Positions 10,746 to 23,805 of a DNA stretch of 64,000 nt are shown here, one piece after another. Positions within the stretch are counted from its first letter, which is position 1, and each line of letters begins with the position of its first letter. The stretch is from Octopus bimaculoides (taxonomy: Eukaryota): NCBI RefSeq assembly GCF_001194135.2, contig NC_068983.1, forward strand, positions 110,355,908 through 110,419,907, in the 5' to 3' direction. Below the pieces are notes generated by a model that was not told the DNA's origin, did no database searches, and saw nothing but the letters and a program-made list of their open reading frames with translations. Position numbers and translations under genes: made by a program.

Positions 10746-13700
10746 CATAGCTGAGTGCTAACATGTTTAAAGGAGTTATGGTATTTTATATGATTAGTTC
10801 TTTTAATATTTTACAGTTGAATGAAATGACGTATTCCCAGTGATATATTCTTTCAAGGTTTCTGTTTATGTAATCGACATAGGTATAAGTTTAGTGTGTA
10901 GATGATGCACGGTTGAAAAGAGATAAGGAGGAATTAAAATAGATGTGACCTGCATAAAATGGATGTTGTTGAACGTGGTAGAAAATTCATTGATATACAG
11001 AACGATGAGAGTGGAGGAAACCTGTCCCTAGAAACAGAAGAGTATACTGAGTGAAGCAGACAGAGCTTCGAATCTTGTCCAGCAATTAAGATAAGTGACA
11101 GGAAATTACTAGCTCAATAGACGAGAGATGAGAGATGAAAAGAAACTAGAAATTCTGATAGGAAACTTAGATGCCAGACACGGTTGAAAGCTGATGTCTC
11201 TAGAAACAACATTAATCTTACCGACCTTCTCTAAAGCGAGAGCCTGGTATTCAGCGAACAAAAAGAGTTTGTTTCTAGTGATTTTGTCTTTGCAGAAGTG
11301 GAACTGGTGGTCATTATTCAAGTTACTGTATAATGTTGAATAAGATTTCAGATGACATAATTCCTAAATAACTGTAGAACAACTCTAGAATGCTTAGAGA
11401 AATGTTTGAGAAATGAATATCTCAGAGACGCCTTTGTATGAAATGTAATGATTAGGTTAGTGTTAATGTGTTTAATAAAGAGAATAATTTCCAGTTAGCT
11501 GAATTACATAAATTGTTTTTCCTGCAGATGGTGTCTCCGTGTTATTTGTTCTTTAATCAAAGTAATTTTCTAATAAATAGTATGCATTTATAAACTACTT
11601 GGCAAATTGACTTGTGAAACCGATTTTTCACTTCTCTGAGATGTTTAGTTTAGTAATTGCGCTGTGCAAACATTTTAACATAACGATTCATCTCTGTGTT
11701 AGTAATTCCAGTTGTTTTAAAGAGATAGTCATCAGAAGAAAGTAATGTCAAACATACAAGTTAGATCATTCGTTATGTGTCGTCTACACAACAATATGTT
11801 AGACTAGAAAATATAAAATGCGCTCAAGTAGAACTTACTAATCAAGTATTGCGATAAAAGATAGTGTAGTGCTAGAGATTTAATAATGTTCAAGGATTTA
11901 TACATGATTTATACACGTTATGTTGTGTCAAGAAAGAAAGTATGTTTCTAAGTTATCTAAAGCACTACATACTGTTACTTTGGTAAATAGATTTCTTACA
12001 TGACCATAACAATGGATTATTGTAAGAAAATATCATGTCATGAATATATACTGCTAGATTTTTAAAATTTCGTTACAGCAATGTCCACCGTAGGAAAACC
12101 TTCAGAATTATGACAGAAGAAGTTTGATATCAATTTAAGAAAATATCGCATGTCATTTACATGTAAAAGTTATCAATAAGTTTATTACTTTAAAGCAATT
12201 TTAAGAGTATCGATAGGATATATTTACTAATGAGGGAACACTATACAGCGGTAGTGTGGAATTCATTGATCAGACCAGGTTGACTGGTATTTCAACTTGA
12301 TCTTGTTATTTATTTCACATTAAGTATGTATGCTACGAACTTGAAAAACTTGAGCTAATCAAATAGAGGTTAATTTTACTTGTCATTTTACTTGAGTTGT
12401 CCCCATACTTTGTATTTATCCATAACTCTCGTTGACTAACACTCTCAATGCATAACTATCATAAGCAGCATTAGATCAGTGAAATAGAACTGCTATACTG
12501 TTTCCACAAGTGTTTCAGTACTACAGCTGATATCATTAGTAACCATATTAATAACTTGAAAACTTCCACTTTATAGCAGTATATTAAATACCGATTTTAT
12601 AATGATTGAATTAGTGAAGACCCTCCACGAAACAATTAAGAATGGGGAACAGAAAACGTTTCCTTTACACTTAACAAATATACTTATTAGCTAGGGTTAT
12701 ATGCCATTAATATATGAATACAATAGTGGTAATAACTTTGCATGTCAAGCAGCTTAAATAAAGGCATTAGTTTCAAACATGGATTAAGCACGACTCTCAC
12801 CACAGATTCACTGGTGTTTTACAGTGCTTTCTATAACAAATTAATTAGAATTTTTATTGTCATCAATATATGCTTATTTCTGACTCATTTATTAAAGAGT
12901 ATTAAGACTAAATCGAAATCGGTGGAATTGGAATATAGAACCTAAATGCTTCAAATATTATTGTTCTATATTGACTCTACAACATTATGGAGACTTTGGT
13001 ACATTTCAAATGAAACAGCGATAACTCCATTCAGTCCCACAGTAAATTTTCAAATGGAAGTGGGTGCAGGTGATTATATAACACGGGATAAAACTAGCAA
13101 TTATGCTTTTTACTGATTCTAGAGAGAGAAAATCGCAAAGTACATCACAGCTAAATCTGAGATTGAAATAACGTATGAGATTAAATACTGTAATATATTT
13201 CTACTGTTACATATCGTCAGCCGTCAACTCTGCATTCTTCTAATATCGAATTAATAATCACAAATTATATGTGTAACAGCACACGACCAAGTAATTACAT
13301 ATTTTCAAAAGTGATTTTATGTCAAATCAAGCCGATTCATTGACCAACTTTGACATTTGCAAGTAGTGTTTTGCTTTCTGCCACTATCGAACATATCAAT
13401 ATAAATAATAAATGTGTTTTAATATCCTTTACTTTGCTAGAGTGACACAAATGCATATTGTTGCAATGAAAGTCAAACTCAGATGTCAATTCTATTAATC
13501 ATCGCTCGTTCACATTATATGTTTCTGACAAATATATTTCACTGATGTTGTAGGAGATCTATGCCAGTTTACCACAATGCATCAGAATACATAACGGTAT
13601 ATTTGTATTGTTTGTAAACTCTTCGTTTGGAATTTGAAACAAACACTTCAGGAGAGTATACAGAACGAGAGAAAGCAATTAGACGACAACATACTAGCAA

Positions 13701-15193
13701 AATGTTACTGATTTTTATAAAAGATTGTATGAGATTCGGAAATAGAAAAATAAAAGCATGTAAACTTTTTCTGAGGCATTATGTATTTCACATGAAATCG
13801 CACGAAACTAAAATTGCATCGGAGTCGTACATTCTTTATCAATGTTTACATCTACTCTATAAATTTTACTATGCACGACGATTTATATTGCTAGTTTGTT
13901 AGACAAAGTGGCTGCCTTTCATATTCATGAACTTAAATAATTGATTCCATACTCAGATATTAGTTAGTTGTACAAATAAACTCGCTCAGAGTTTGATATT
14001 GAAAATGCATTGAAGAAACCGAAATTGTACAAGCTGAAATTCTTCCTCGTCCATCGGATCCACTAGCTGTACACTAAGTTGTACATATTAATGTACGACT
14101 TTTAAAGATGATTCCATACTATCTTATAAGATAATTCAATAGTATCTTCATTGTATCCTCAGGGAGAATACAATGAAGTCCCCACTCATTTCTACGCCAA
14201 GCTGTCAGTAAATTATTTAGTAAGCTGATATATTGGAGCCATGTCGTTTAAACTTTTCCATGTTTACTAGCAACATAAATAGTTACAATTGAGAATAAAA
14301 TTCGGATCACTCATCAGTTTGGTTTTGACTTACATCTACTCTATAACCCTCGCTTACTTGATAACATATATCACGATTTTAGTTTTTTTCTTTTTCAATC
14401 TTCTTCTTTCTACTATCAACAACTTCGACTGATATATTACCTAAGAAAGTATCAGAGTTTTGAAAAAAGTTAATCAATTTCTGATTTCTGAATAAATGCC
14501 AAGTTTCTAAAACAGTAGCTTTGTGAATATAGTTTCAATCAAGAATTTATAGGTTTCTATAATTACGTATTGCATAAACAAAATAATAATGTATACACTG
14601 CGAAGTAGTTAGGCTTGGTTCAAAATATTTTTTTGTGGAGGACATGGTGATCTCGGAATCTTATAACCTTACTGTAGTCTACAAAAGAAAATATAATGTC
14701 CAATAATATTCTTTTGTAATATCTATAGCTCTGAACTGATTTTACATATTTACTGTAATGCTGACTATATATCCAGAAAAGCAAACTATAGTTTCTATTC
14801 TCTCCCTAACGCTATATGTACCGAATATTCAAACGCAGTTCGCTAATTTGTTTTGAAGACTTTTGTTCGACAGCTATACCGATCTTAAAATAACCCCACT
14901 TACAAGCAACAAGTAAATTAGATGTACACAGACGGTAATAGTTGTCTCCTGCTTACATAAAGGTTACAAGTGACTATAAGAACACCGCCAGCGAGATAGC
15001 GTCAACTATTTCTTCCGCCACCAACAAAAGCAACATCCTTAGAACTTATGTCAATACTACCTTCACTATCAATATTTATAAGAAAGACCAAAGATTTTTT
15101 CGTATGCCACGTTAAGAAGTCAAAGTGATTTGAGATAGTGATTTAAATATCAACACAACCATTTTCTTCTGAAAAGCACTTATTAATAATGTA

Positions 15194-15575
15194 CGAGGTG
15201 GTATCAAAAAGTCCTGGACTACTTAAATTTAATAAAAAAAATAACTTATCTAAGTTTTAACATCATGTCTTTCGAAATACAAACGCCACAACGCAGCAAT
15301 ACATTGATCCCAACGTTCTACCCACTATTGGAATCCGCCATGGTAGTCTTTTTCCGTAAGCAACATTGTTAACACAGTGTCATTTGAACTGCATTTTCAT
15401 TTTGGTGATGTGATGGAAGTCCGGAGGTGCTAAATCTGGCGAATAGGATGGGTGCGGAAGCAATACTGTGTTGTTTTTGGCGAGAAACACAGGAGTGAGG
15501 AGAGCTCGGTTACAGGGTTTATTGTCATCGTGAATAATCCACTTTTTCGCACTCCACAAATGCGACCGTTACCCC
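15194..15575 (-). mobile_element. Mariner transposon 3' fragment with TIR
   Basis: ta|cgaggtggtatcaaaaag is a mariner-type TIR. The minus strand translates IIHDDNKPCNRALLTPVFLAKNNTVLLPHPSYSPDLAPPDF, which carries the HDNA and YSPDLAP motifs. Confidence 0.85.
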
Positions 15576-15624
15576 CAATTTAAGAAATCGATCACTGCTT
15601 TGACTCAAATCATGTGCAAAATTT

Positions 15625-16790
15625 TAGGAGTGGGGTTCATAACGCCCGCTCACGTTTTTACCAAACTTGGTGTGCTGACTCAATGCAACGCAGAAATAGT
15701 ATATCTGAAATTCCAGCTTACTAGTTAAAGTAGTTTCGGAGTTATGAACTTTTAAAACTATAATCATTAGGTGTCACTAGTTTCACACTAGATTCCGCTG
15801 CCCAGATCCTTGCAAACGCAAGACAGATGTGGAATAAAAGTGTATTTATACATTTTAAGATTACTGAATTGAAATTGCTCTTTGCAAAGGTTGAAAAACT
15901 AGGTTATTTTTAGACAGAGGCCACTACAATCATTCGATAACATACAAAATCAAAGACAATACATAGTTTTACTTTATAGGTCTAATCCCAATTTTAAATA
16001 ACTGTATAAGAAAAAGGGTGCTGATTCTTAGCATATTTTTAAACATAAATAATTAATATGACTTATTAGATAGAATAAATCGAAGCTGAAGTTTCTCCTT
16101 CTTTTTACAAACATCATAAAGATCTTGAAGGGACTCTGATTTGTTCTGGGAATTTCCAGTTTTGATGGTTCTCGAATCCGAAAGTTTTTTTTATAGAGTT
16201 CAAATGCTTTTTTATGAACTTGCAGGCTACCACATAACTTCTGATAATCATGTGCATTGAACATTTGGTCAGTAAACCAAAAATCTGCCCAGCTGTAAGA
16301 GATGAATCCGAAAACATTGAGAAGCAAAACTCTTTCCTCTGGTAGAAGAATAAATGCCAAAAGAGCTAGTATTGCTCAAACATTCCATCTTGCATTACTT
16401 AAGTTGGGTATTTTTTAAAAACTTTACAGTAGAAAATTTTCTGGTTTCTTCAAAGAAACGAAAAAGTCAAATTAAATATAAATTTGATGTCATCTCGCCA
16501 TCCTGCTAATTCAGTAATCTTTTCTTCACCATTGTTGAAATTAGCTTGGAGTTTCTCGTAATTACTTAGAAGCTCTGGGATGAATGCATATTCAATATTA
16601 GGAGATGACTTTGTCAGCATCATATCCTTGATAGAGTTCTTCGTGTTGTAATGGAGGACTTAACCCAAGAGTATCAGAGAAAATTAAAAATCTATTACAA
16701 GAAGAACTCTATCAAGGATATGAAGCTGACAACCAACAAATTGCGGTTCTTTCAAACCCTTATGAGCAAACAGACTTTGCAACTGAATAA
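15625..16790 (-). mobile_element. hAT-like DDE transposase relic with an internal inverted segment
   Basis: Minus strand: ELAGWRDDIKFIF...KIPNLSNARWNV*AILALLAFILLPEER...ISYSWADFWFTDQM...EPSKLEIPRTNQ. There is an ARW motif like the hAT TRW, and a possible TAGG-type terminus near 15625. The superfamily assignment is tentative. Confidence 0.6.
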
Positions 16791-17020
16791 AAACAAGTAA
16801 GCTAACCAAAGCCGACCATTTTTTTATTTGGCACACATTGCACTTGTGCAGGCAATGTCGATTTGATCGATAGTGTGAGCTATCGTATAGGACTCACATT
16901 TGAATCTGTATAAACAAATCAACTGTGTAGGTTGTTTAACCAGCGACTCAGTATGGTCTTTTGCTAAACTCACATCTGTCGTCTACGAAAGGAAGATTAA
17001 CTACGCACCAAGAGAAAGAG

Positions 17021-17146
17021 GGAGAGAGAGAGGGGGAAAGAAAGAAGAGGAGAGAGTGGGAGAGAGAGATAAATAGGGAGAGAGAGAGAGAGGGGGAAAG
17101 AAAGAAGAGGAGAGAGTGGGAGAGAGAGATAAAGAGGGAGAGAGAG
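17021..17146. repeat. 60-bp tandem duplication of an AG-rich unit
   Basis: gagagagagagggggaaagaaagaagaggagagagtgggagagagagataaa is repeated with a period of 60. Confidence 0.9.
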
Positions 17147-17389
17147 TAGAAGGGAGAGCGAGGATGATTAGGTGAGCGGGATTGTCACAGTAGTTGTTAC
17201 TCTAGAATTGCTCAAATTGCTCAGTAGCTGGTCTCTTACACCAACTCTATTTCCCCGCAAGATGGTTAAATATCTCCTTCAAATTCATTGTAGTATATCT
17301 GTAAAATTTACTTCTATTGCGGCAACTTCTCACACGATGGCCTTTGACTTGTATTTTCTGTTTGACTTGTTTTATGAATAGCGGTATTT

Positions 17390-18158
17390 CTTTTGTCTCC
17401 TTTTATCTGTATTTTGCTTTAGCTTCTTTGCCGTCTCGTTTTCACATTCTTGTCCTTGTTAAGTTCCTCCAAGATTGATATCTCTTACTTCATTAGTTCT
17501 ATTTATTTTCCTATCATTCTTGGCATTTAGGATTCCTGCAACGCAGAGATCTAGCGCTCATTTTTATTGATCAAGCATTTTGATGAAATTACTTTAGTTG
17601 AGACATTGATCAGTTTATTGAGTTCAGACATATTAGGTTTTATTGTGTATAGAAGATACTTGATTGCAGCGTTTACCAAACTCAACAGTTTGTTTCGTTT
17701 TTATTGTTATTTTTTTTATCGGTAGTTTTCTTTCATCCATGTTCGTCCCGCTTACGTAAGCGCATTCATTTACATTGCTTTATGCTTCAATGTCTCTCAT
17801 TATTTTCTTCTAGAATTTCGTCATTGTCTATCTCATTGGTATTTGCTTCACCTATTCCTAATGTCAGTGCGATTCTTGATAACTTTCCCTCTTTAATGTG
17901 TTACTCTTTTTGTGAGTTCATTACTTCACTAAGTGGATTTTCCCCTCTTTCATTTGAGTTCAAATATTCTGTATTCATATCTAGGTCACCGTGCTAGCCT
18001 GCTAAGGCATAGGTATATGCAACAATTCTTCTTTCTATTTCTTAAGACCATATAAGAGTTTTCACATATTTGTCTCCTTTTCATCAGTTACTAGAAAATA
18101 TTCCTGATTTTGTGCTCCACCAGAGTTCACTTATTTCGCTTTATTCAACGCTAATATA
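17390..18158 (-). mobile_element. R4/Dong-like (RLE) LINE, N-terminal ORF remnant
   Basis: A decayed K/N/E-rich minus-strand reading frame (YTYALAG*HGDLD...GKLSRIALTLGIGEAN...) lies directly downstream of the RLE 3' piece and a UTR-like segment. Confidence 0.5.
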
Positions 18159-18409
18159 TTGGGTTGATGCATAATTATCGCGGCTTTTTTTCAACAAATT
18201 TTATTCAACAAAAACAATAACAATATGTAACAAAAACATCTTTAAATGATTATTCCGGAGCATTTTCACCATCTAATCTAATTACTGCTTTCCATTTGTT
18301 TGGCAAACGGTCAGACCGTCATTTAAAGATGTTTTCGTTAAATATTACTATTGTTTTTGTTGAATAAAATTTGTTGAAAAAAAGCTGCAGTAATTTTGTA
18401 CCAACCCAA
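18159..18409. mobile_element. Mariner-derived MITE, ~250 bp, with ~95-bp inverted arms and TA target duplication
   Basis: ta|ttgggttgatgcataattatcgcggctttttttcaacaaattttattcaacaaaaac...gtttttgttgaataaaatttgttgaaaaaaagctgcagtaattttgtaccaacccaa|ta. Confidence 0.9.
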
Positions 18410-18779
18410 TATAATGGTTCATCAGGAGGATCAGAAAAAAGACATCTTGTCCAGGAAGCCGTCGTGATCCGTTATTTTGTAGGAGACTGTTCCAGTTTCA
18501 TATAACTTAATCCCCCGGTTTCTCTTTGTGAGGCATGAATGTTGGTTATCCGCGTTACGGCCAATGTATTATGAATTACGTCTTTTTTGCAATATATGAG
18601 GAGTTTTAAATTTTCCTTTACCGCGAAGAGATATTTTATTCGTGATAGCATAGAATTTGAGCAGGCATATTCAAACTTAAAGTGACCCGGTTATAACAAT
18701 ACTATGCTTCTCTTGGTGCCATACCGTCATTCGCCTCCCATCGTCATGTGTAAGGGTATATGTGTCACTATACAGAAAT

Positions 18780-19705
18780 AGATTTTGCCCGCACATTTTA
18801 TAATTTCTGTTAAGTCAAGAGCTATGTCCTGGTACTTTGCCATTTTTTCAATACTTCACATATGTGATTTCTCATAAATTGGGATGTAAAGTCAATTAGC
18901 TGGCACTTTCTATTCTTTTTGTCTACTTCTACTAACTTAGACATTCTGTCAGTTTGAATGTTAATATCTTACAACATTTTGTACTCTTTATGTTGTACCA
19001 CTTAAGTAGATTCACATTTACATAGCTTATATGTACGGTCAATCCTAGATTTCTACACCAGTTTTTATCATGGGGCAGGTCTGGATTTTTTGCAAATTAC
19101 CCTTTGAATTTATTGTGCTCTATCATGCCTGTTGAAATACTCTGTAGGCGCAAGAAGACTGCACATGGAGATAATAACTTCAATGGTTTCATTTTGTTGT
19201 TGGCATACACGACATGTTGGGCAGCTGCTGTTCTTTAATATGTTGGTCTGATAGTTTCTGTTAGGTAGGCATTGATCTTGAGCTGCTATGATAAAGCCTG
19301 TTTCTGATTTTAAACTAGAAGACACTAACCATTGATGGGTCAGGGCTTTGTCAATATCGGCACTATTAGCTCTCTATGGCTATTTCTCCTTCAGAGGTTT
19401 TTCTTGCCATTTATCAGAAATAATATCTAAGGCAGCAGTTTTAGCACGGGTTTTCATGCGCTTAGCTTTTTCTGTGCTTGTTTCTAGTACGTCTAAATCT
19501 GGAATTTGTTGTATTTGGAATTCACTTTTGTTACTGAGTATGATAATTTCTTGTTTTCATGCTTTAAAACAAGTTTTGACACCGAGTCATCAGAGTTTTT
19601 CAGCAAGGTGTCTAGGCCAATTGTGGCAATCTTTATTGTTAATTCCAGTTGTAAAAGTCCACGGCCACCCTCTTTTCTTGTCAGGTAAAGCCGTTCTATA
19701 TCTGC
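18780..19705 (-). mobile_element. R4/Dong-like RLE LINE 3' part (post-RT region, CCHC knuckle, PD-(D/E)xK nuclease); 5'-truncated
   Basis: HQWLVSSSLKSETGFIIAAQDQCLPNRNYQ...CPTCRVCQQQNETIEVIISMCSLLAPTEYFNRHD is a typical R4-clade motif set. The piece ends at a (TTC)n array. Confidence 0.9.
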
Positions 19706-19797
19706 CTTCTTCTTCTTCTTCTTCTTCTTCTTCTTCTTCTTCTTCTTCTTCTTCTTCTTCTTCTTCTTCTTCTTCTTCTTCTTCTTCTTCTTCTTCA
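19706..19797. repeat. (TTC)n/(GAA)n microsatellite between two RLE LINE pieces
   Basis: Direct reading. It produces the poly-S and poly-E ORF artefacts. Confidence 0.97.
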
Positions 19798-20150
19798 GTA
19801 TTCTTACATTTATAACGTGCTTTCAATGCACTTCCGAGTGCAGGTCTGTGTGCCTTGGGTATGTGCTGTGGTTTGCTGTCATGCTCTTATGGTTACTGTA
19901 TTGAAAGTGTTTTGCGCAGGATGTGTGCAGTGCCCAGTAGTGCAATTTTTCTGTATGTTATATATATTTGTAAGCTTTGGTGCTTTTGTTATGTATTTGT
20001 TTGAATATTTTTTTTATCATATCTAATGCGCCTACTATGTATTCCTTCTGAATTTTCGTTTTCATTTCTATAGTTAGTTCTATGTCAGATTCTAATACTC
20101 CCAGATACTTACAACTCTCTCCCCCTTTCAATGATTGTCATGTCTGTATT
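19798..20150 (-). mobile_element. R4/Dong-like LINE 3' end and 3' UTR
   Basis: The reverse complement matches 25960-26130 (cagaaaaattgcactactgggcactgcacacatcctgcgcaaaacactttcaatacagtaa...aaagcacgttataaa), encoding QKIALLGTAHILRKTLSIQ*. Confidence 0.88.
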
Positions 20151-21444
20151 ATCATCATCATCATCATCATCATCATGAGCATGATCATGAGCGTGATTTA
20201 AACATGTCCAATTAAGCATTAAACAGATAAAGATAACGTGGCAACTTTTCGGTTTGTTACAAATTTCACCGTAGGAAAGAAAATGTCTTTAAACCTGTAT
20301 ATACTAGAAACGATTTTTAAGATATGCAATACAAAATAGTTGGCAATATTGTTAATACTTTCAGCACAGTAAACATTGCGGAAATGAATGACTAAAATGA
20401 TTTGTCTGTGAAATTAACTTTAATGGACCATGAAAATCGAGAGCCAAATATGTAAACTTAATGGGAATACTTGCTAAAATGAAGCCAAAAATAAAATTAA
20501 ATGTGCAAATTTAGGATAGTCATTCATTGATCCTCATGTGAGAGAGATGTAATGTAAATCTCGAAATTACTCGTCAATTTTCTCTTTAGTTTATTGTTCC
20601 ATTTGCTAGTTAGTTTGACTATTCTTAATTGCTTTACTGCGAAGTATGTGAGGCAAGCTATATTTAGTTTCTAATTTTCAATGCAACGATGCACCATCAA
20701 TGTAAACAACTTTACGAAATGTTAGCTCGAAAGTGTTCAAAATAAAGCACCAGTTCTCGGTCCCTTAGTTTATTATTGTAACGAAAATTTTCCTCGGAAA
20801 TACTTTGCTGTTAAATGCTGACCGTCAATAAGGAAGTCTATATTTCATCTAATACTTTAAAATGATAACAATATCCTCGTAAATAGAAAAGCCGATAGAA
20901 TTTCTTGCTTAACGAAGTATTGAATCTTATCTAATAGAGCTAGTGACTAGATTATAGACAACAACCACCTCAATAATCACAAAATAAATTTATATCCGAA
21001 GGAAAGCGTGTTCAGTTTCACTGTTTCTGTTCATTTTAGTAATAGGTTCACAAATACTGAAATGTCACAATACAAACGGAAAAAACCGTCTGATTAAAAT
21101 AATCTAGGAATTTTTCTATGCTATTTTAGTTGCCCTTAATTAAATAATATGTGTGTTTTAGACACCGCGTGAGTTACCTCGTTATTCATTCTAGCTTGTA
21201 GTTACTAGAGATATTTCATGCAACTTGACTATAGCCATCAAAAATTAGACAGGGTAAAATATTTCTATAGATAATAATACGTTTATGTATTATGTCTTCA
21301 AGTATAATTTCTGGAGATCATCTAAAATAGCCCATTTTGAACTAATTTACTTTGTGGAAATCTCTTATTAGGTTAGTCTCTTAAATACTCTATATAAGAT
21401 TTCCAGAGCAATCTTGATAATCGTAGAAATATGTGATAGAATAA

Positions 21445-23805
21445 CACTGGTCTGCATTTGGGAATTTTTTAAATATCTATTCGTAGATGCGATGTTACAT
21501 ATTCTTGGGTTGCTGATTTTAAATATCTAAACCATTTTGCCCTGTCACATAAAGGTGTTGAATAAAATACAAATTAATAATAATAAAATATGGGAATGTT
21601 TAAATTGTCGCTTTATTAAAAGCAAGTAATCAAGGAAAAGCACATTCTGTTAGTTTTAAGAACATATCTTTTCCAAATCAACATGAAATGAACCACCTTC
21701 ATCATGAAATTAATCAGAATTATCAACATCAAACCGAACGAATGTATGAAATATGCTCCTAATGGTTAGCCTATATATTGTTTGAAAGGAAGGAGGAACC
21801 CTTTGATTTCCACTTGTGTTGTGCATCGAGACCATCACGTTTCAATGACCAGCAGTAATCCGATATCATTCTGACATCCCATTTGCTCAGGTATCGGGTT
21901 TGCATGGTGCAAATGTCTTGATGGAACCGCTCCTCTTGTTCCTCACTGTAGCCCGCACAATTCTTGAGAAAATAGTAAAGATGCAAGTGCAAAAATACAT
22001 TTTCACACTCATTCTAAACGCAAGTTGTTGGAAACTTGATATCGGGTCTTGGATCGTCTTTTCAGACTCTGGGGAGCGGCAGCTTCGTTTTGAACGAGCT
22101 TTTTGAAGGAAAACCTGGCATTCACTTCGACACCTGCTAATGCTTCCTTAAAATCCTTTTCCTCATCAATTCCCAAATATGAGGGCATACAAAGATTCCT
22201 GCTTTTAGCTTGCCTTCACTAATACGAGGAAGCTTTGACTCCAGGCACTTGAAAAGAACTCCATTCTTGTTCAAGGCCCCCGCAAAATTTTTCAGAAGCC
22301 CTAATTTGATGTGGAGTGGTGGNNNNNNNNNNNNNNNNNNNNNNNNNNNNNNNNNNNNNNNNNNNNNNNNNNNNNNNNNNNNNNNNNNNNNNNNNNNNNN
22401 NNNNNNNNNNNNNNNNNNNNNNNNNNNNNNNNNNNNNNNNNNNNNNNNNNNNNNNNNNNNNNNNNNNNNNNNNNNNNNNNNNNNNNNNNNNNNNNNNNNN
22501 NNNNNNNNNNNNNNNNNNNNNNCAAAACGACTCGTTTCCGGGTAAAAATCTGGTTCTTGGTAGCGAGTCGTTTTGTTAATAGTGGTGGCTGTCTGCCCTA
22601 CTATCCCAAAGACACAGAAAACAGGGATACATAGTGTAGCCCTCTTGAAGATCAACTACGAGAGCAATAACTTTTAAATCACCACAAATGAGAAAATTGT
22701 GATTATGGTCCTTGATTGCAATTATTACTGTCTTCATATTTTCGTAAGTTTCTGGCATTTAGACACTTTGGCCAAATGGCAGAGATGCAACTATATTGCC
22801 ATTGTAGAGAAGAACAGCCTTTAAATTTCTGTTAGAAGAATCAATAAAGAGCCTACATTCATCTGCTTTGCATGACATCCCCATGTGTTCGATAAGGCCA
22901 GAAATATTCGAACAGAAAACTAAAGAATCTCCTTTCTCAAAGAACTGAGTTCATTCGGCTTTACGATGACGGTACCAAGTGAATGTTGTTGCAGGAGCTA
23001 GAAGATTGTGTTCCTGCAGTCTAGAGCCAAGTAACTGTGCACTCTCTTTTAGAAAGTTAAGGTCTCTAATCAGGTCACTGAGCTCAACTTGGTGGAAGAA
23101 TTTGTGATAGTTATTTGTTGGTGGCTCATAGCCTACTTCCAACACATTAGTATCACTAATATCAGACTCTGGTGAAATGAAATTTCCCGTGTCTCAGGTG
23201 GCACAGGTACAGGAATATTATCTGAGTGCGGAACAGGCCTTATTGCTGAAGGAATATTTGGGTATATTTAGCTATTTTAGTCATACAAATGTAGCAGTCA
23301 TAATGGCTCATCTGTTCCCACCATACCATTGGTACTCCAATGGACATGCATTTAAGTTTTCCAAATGACCACATTTGAAGCTTACTGATGCAACTCTCGC
23401 AGGCTTTATGATATGCAAATGGTTTGTCCTGGTCTCCCAGTTTGCAGCCAAAATAAGCTAAATAGCAGCGCTTCAACAAAGGAGTAATACTACTCTGGGA
23501 ATCTGAAGGGGTGAATTGCCCGCAGACATAGCAGAATATATCTGGTGAATTGATGCAGCCTGTAGACATATACATAGACTGAAAATAAAGAACAATATAT
23601 TTGATTTAACATTTAGGTTAATATAAGGTAAACATTTTAATTGATCATTTACTTGTTATACAAAAAAAAGAGAAAAGTAACGTCTCCGTATAACTTGACA
23701 ATCTGATGTAATAGAGATGGATAAAAACACAATGACTCATTATTTTTCATATATATTCAGAAAAATATACCATAGAGCCAATAAAAAAAATCATGCAGAC
23801 CAGTG
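21445..23805 (-). mobile_element. Full-length Chapaev3-type (CMC) DNA transposon with perfect 13-bp TIRs and TAA target duplication
   Basis: taa|CACTGGTCTGCAT ... ATGCAGACCAGTG|taa. The internal transposase carries Chapaev3 motifs. Confidence 0.88.
21771..23575 (-). pseudogene. Chapaev3-type transposase pseudogene (frameshifted, spans an N-gap)
   Basis: N-terminal CINSPDIFCYVCGQF...CKLGDQDKPFAYHKAC...GVPMVWWEQMSHYDCYICM. Then YPCFLCLWDSRA, PPLHIKLGLLKNF, KLKAGIFVCPHI and EEQEERFHQDICTMQTRY...MISDYCW. Confidence 0.88.

Noticed and set aside
11217-11335. Possible minus-strand exon LNNDHQFHFCKDKITRNKLFLFAEYQALALEKV with a gtaaga donor
   Set aside because: The acceptor is weak, there is no recognisable homology and no supporting neighbouring exon.
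14290-14322. Minus-strand CTGATGAGTGATCCGAAT resembling a hammerhead core
   Set aside because: It has GAAU instead of GAAA and no stem I or stem III complement.
19348-19826. Poly-S, poly-E, poly-H, poly-I and poly-T ORFs (also 35.2-35.6 and 36.5-36.8 kb)
   Set aside because: They are translations of trinucleotide microsatellites.
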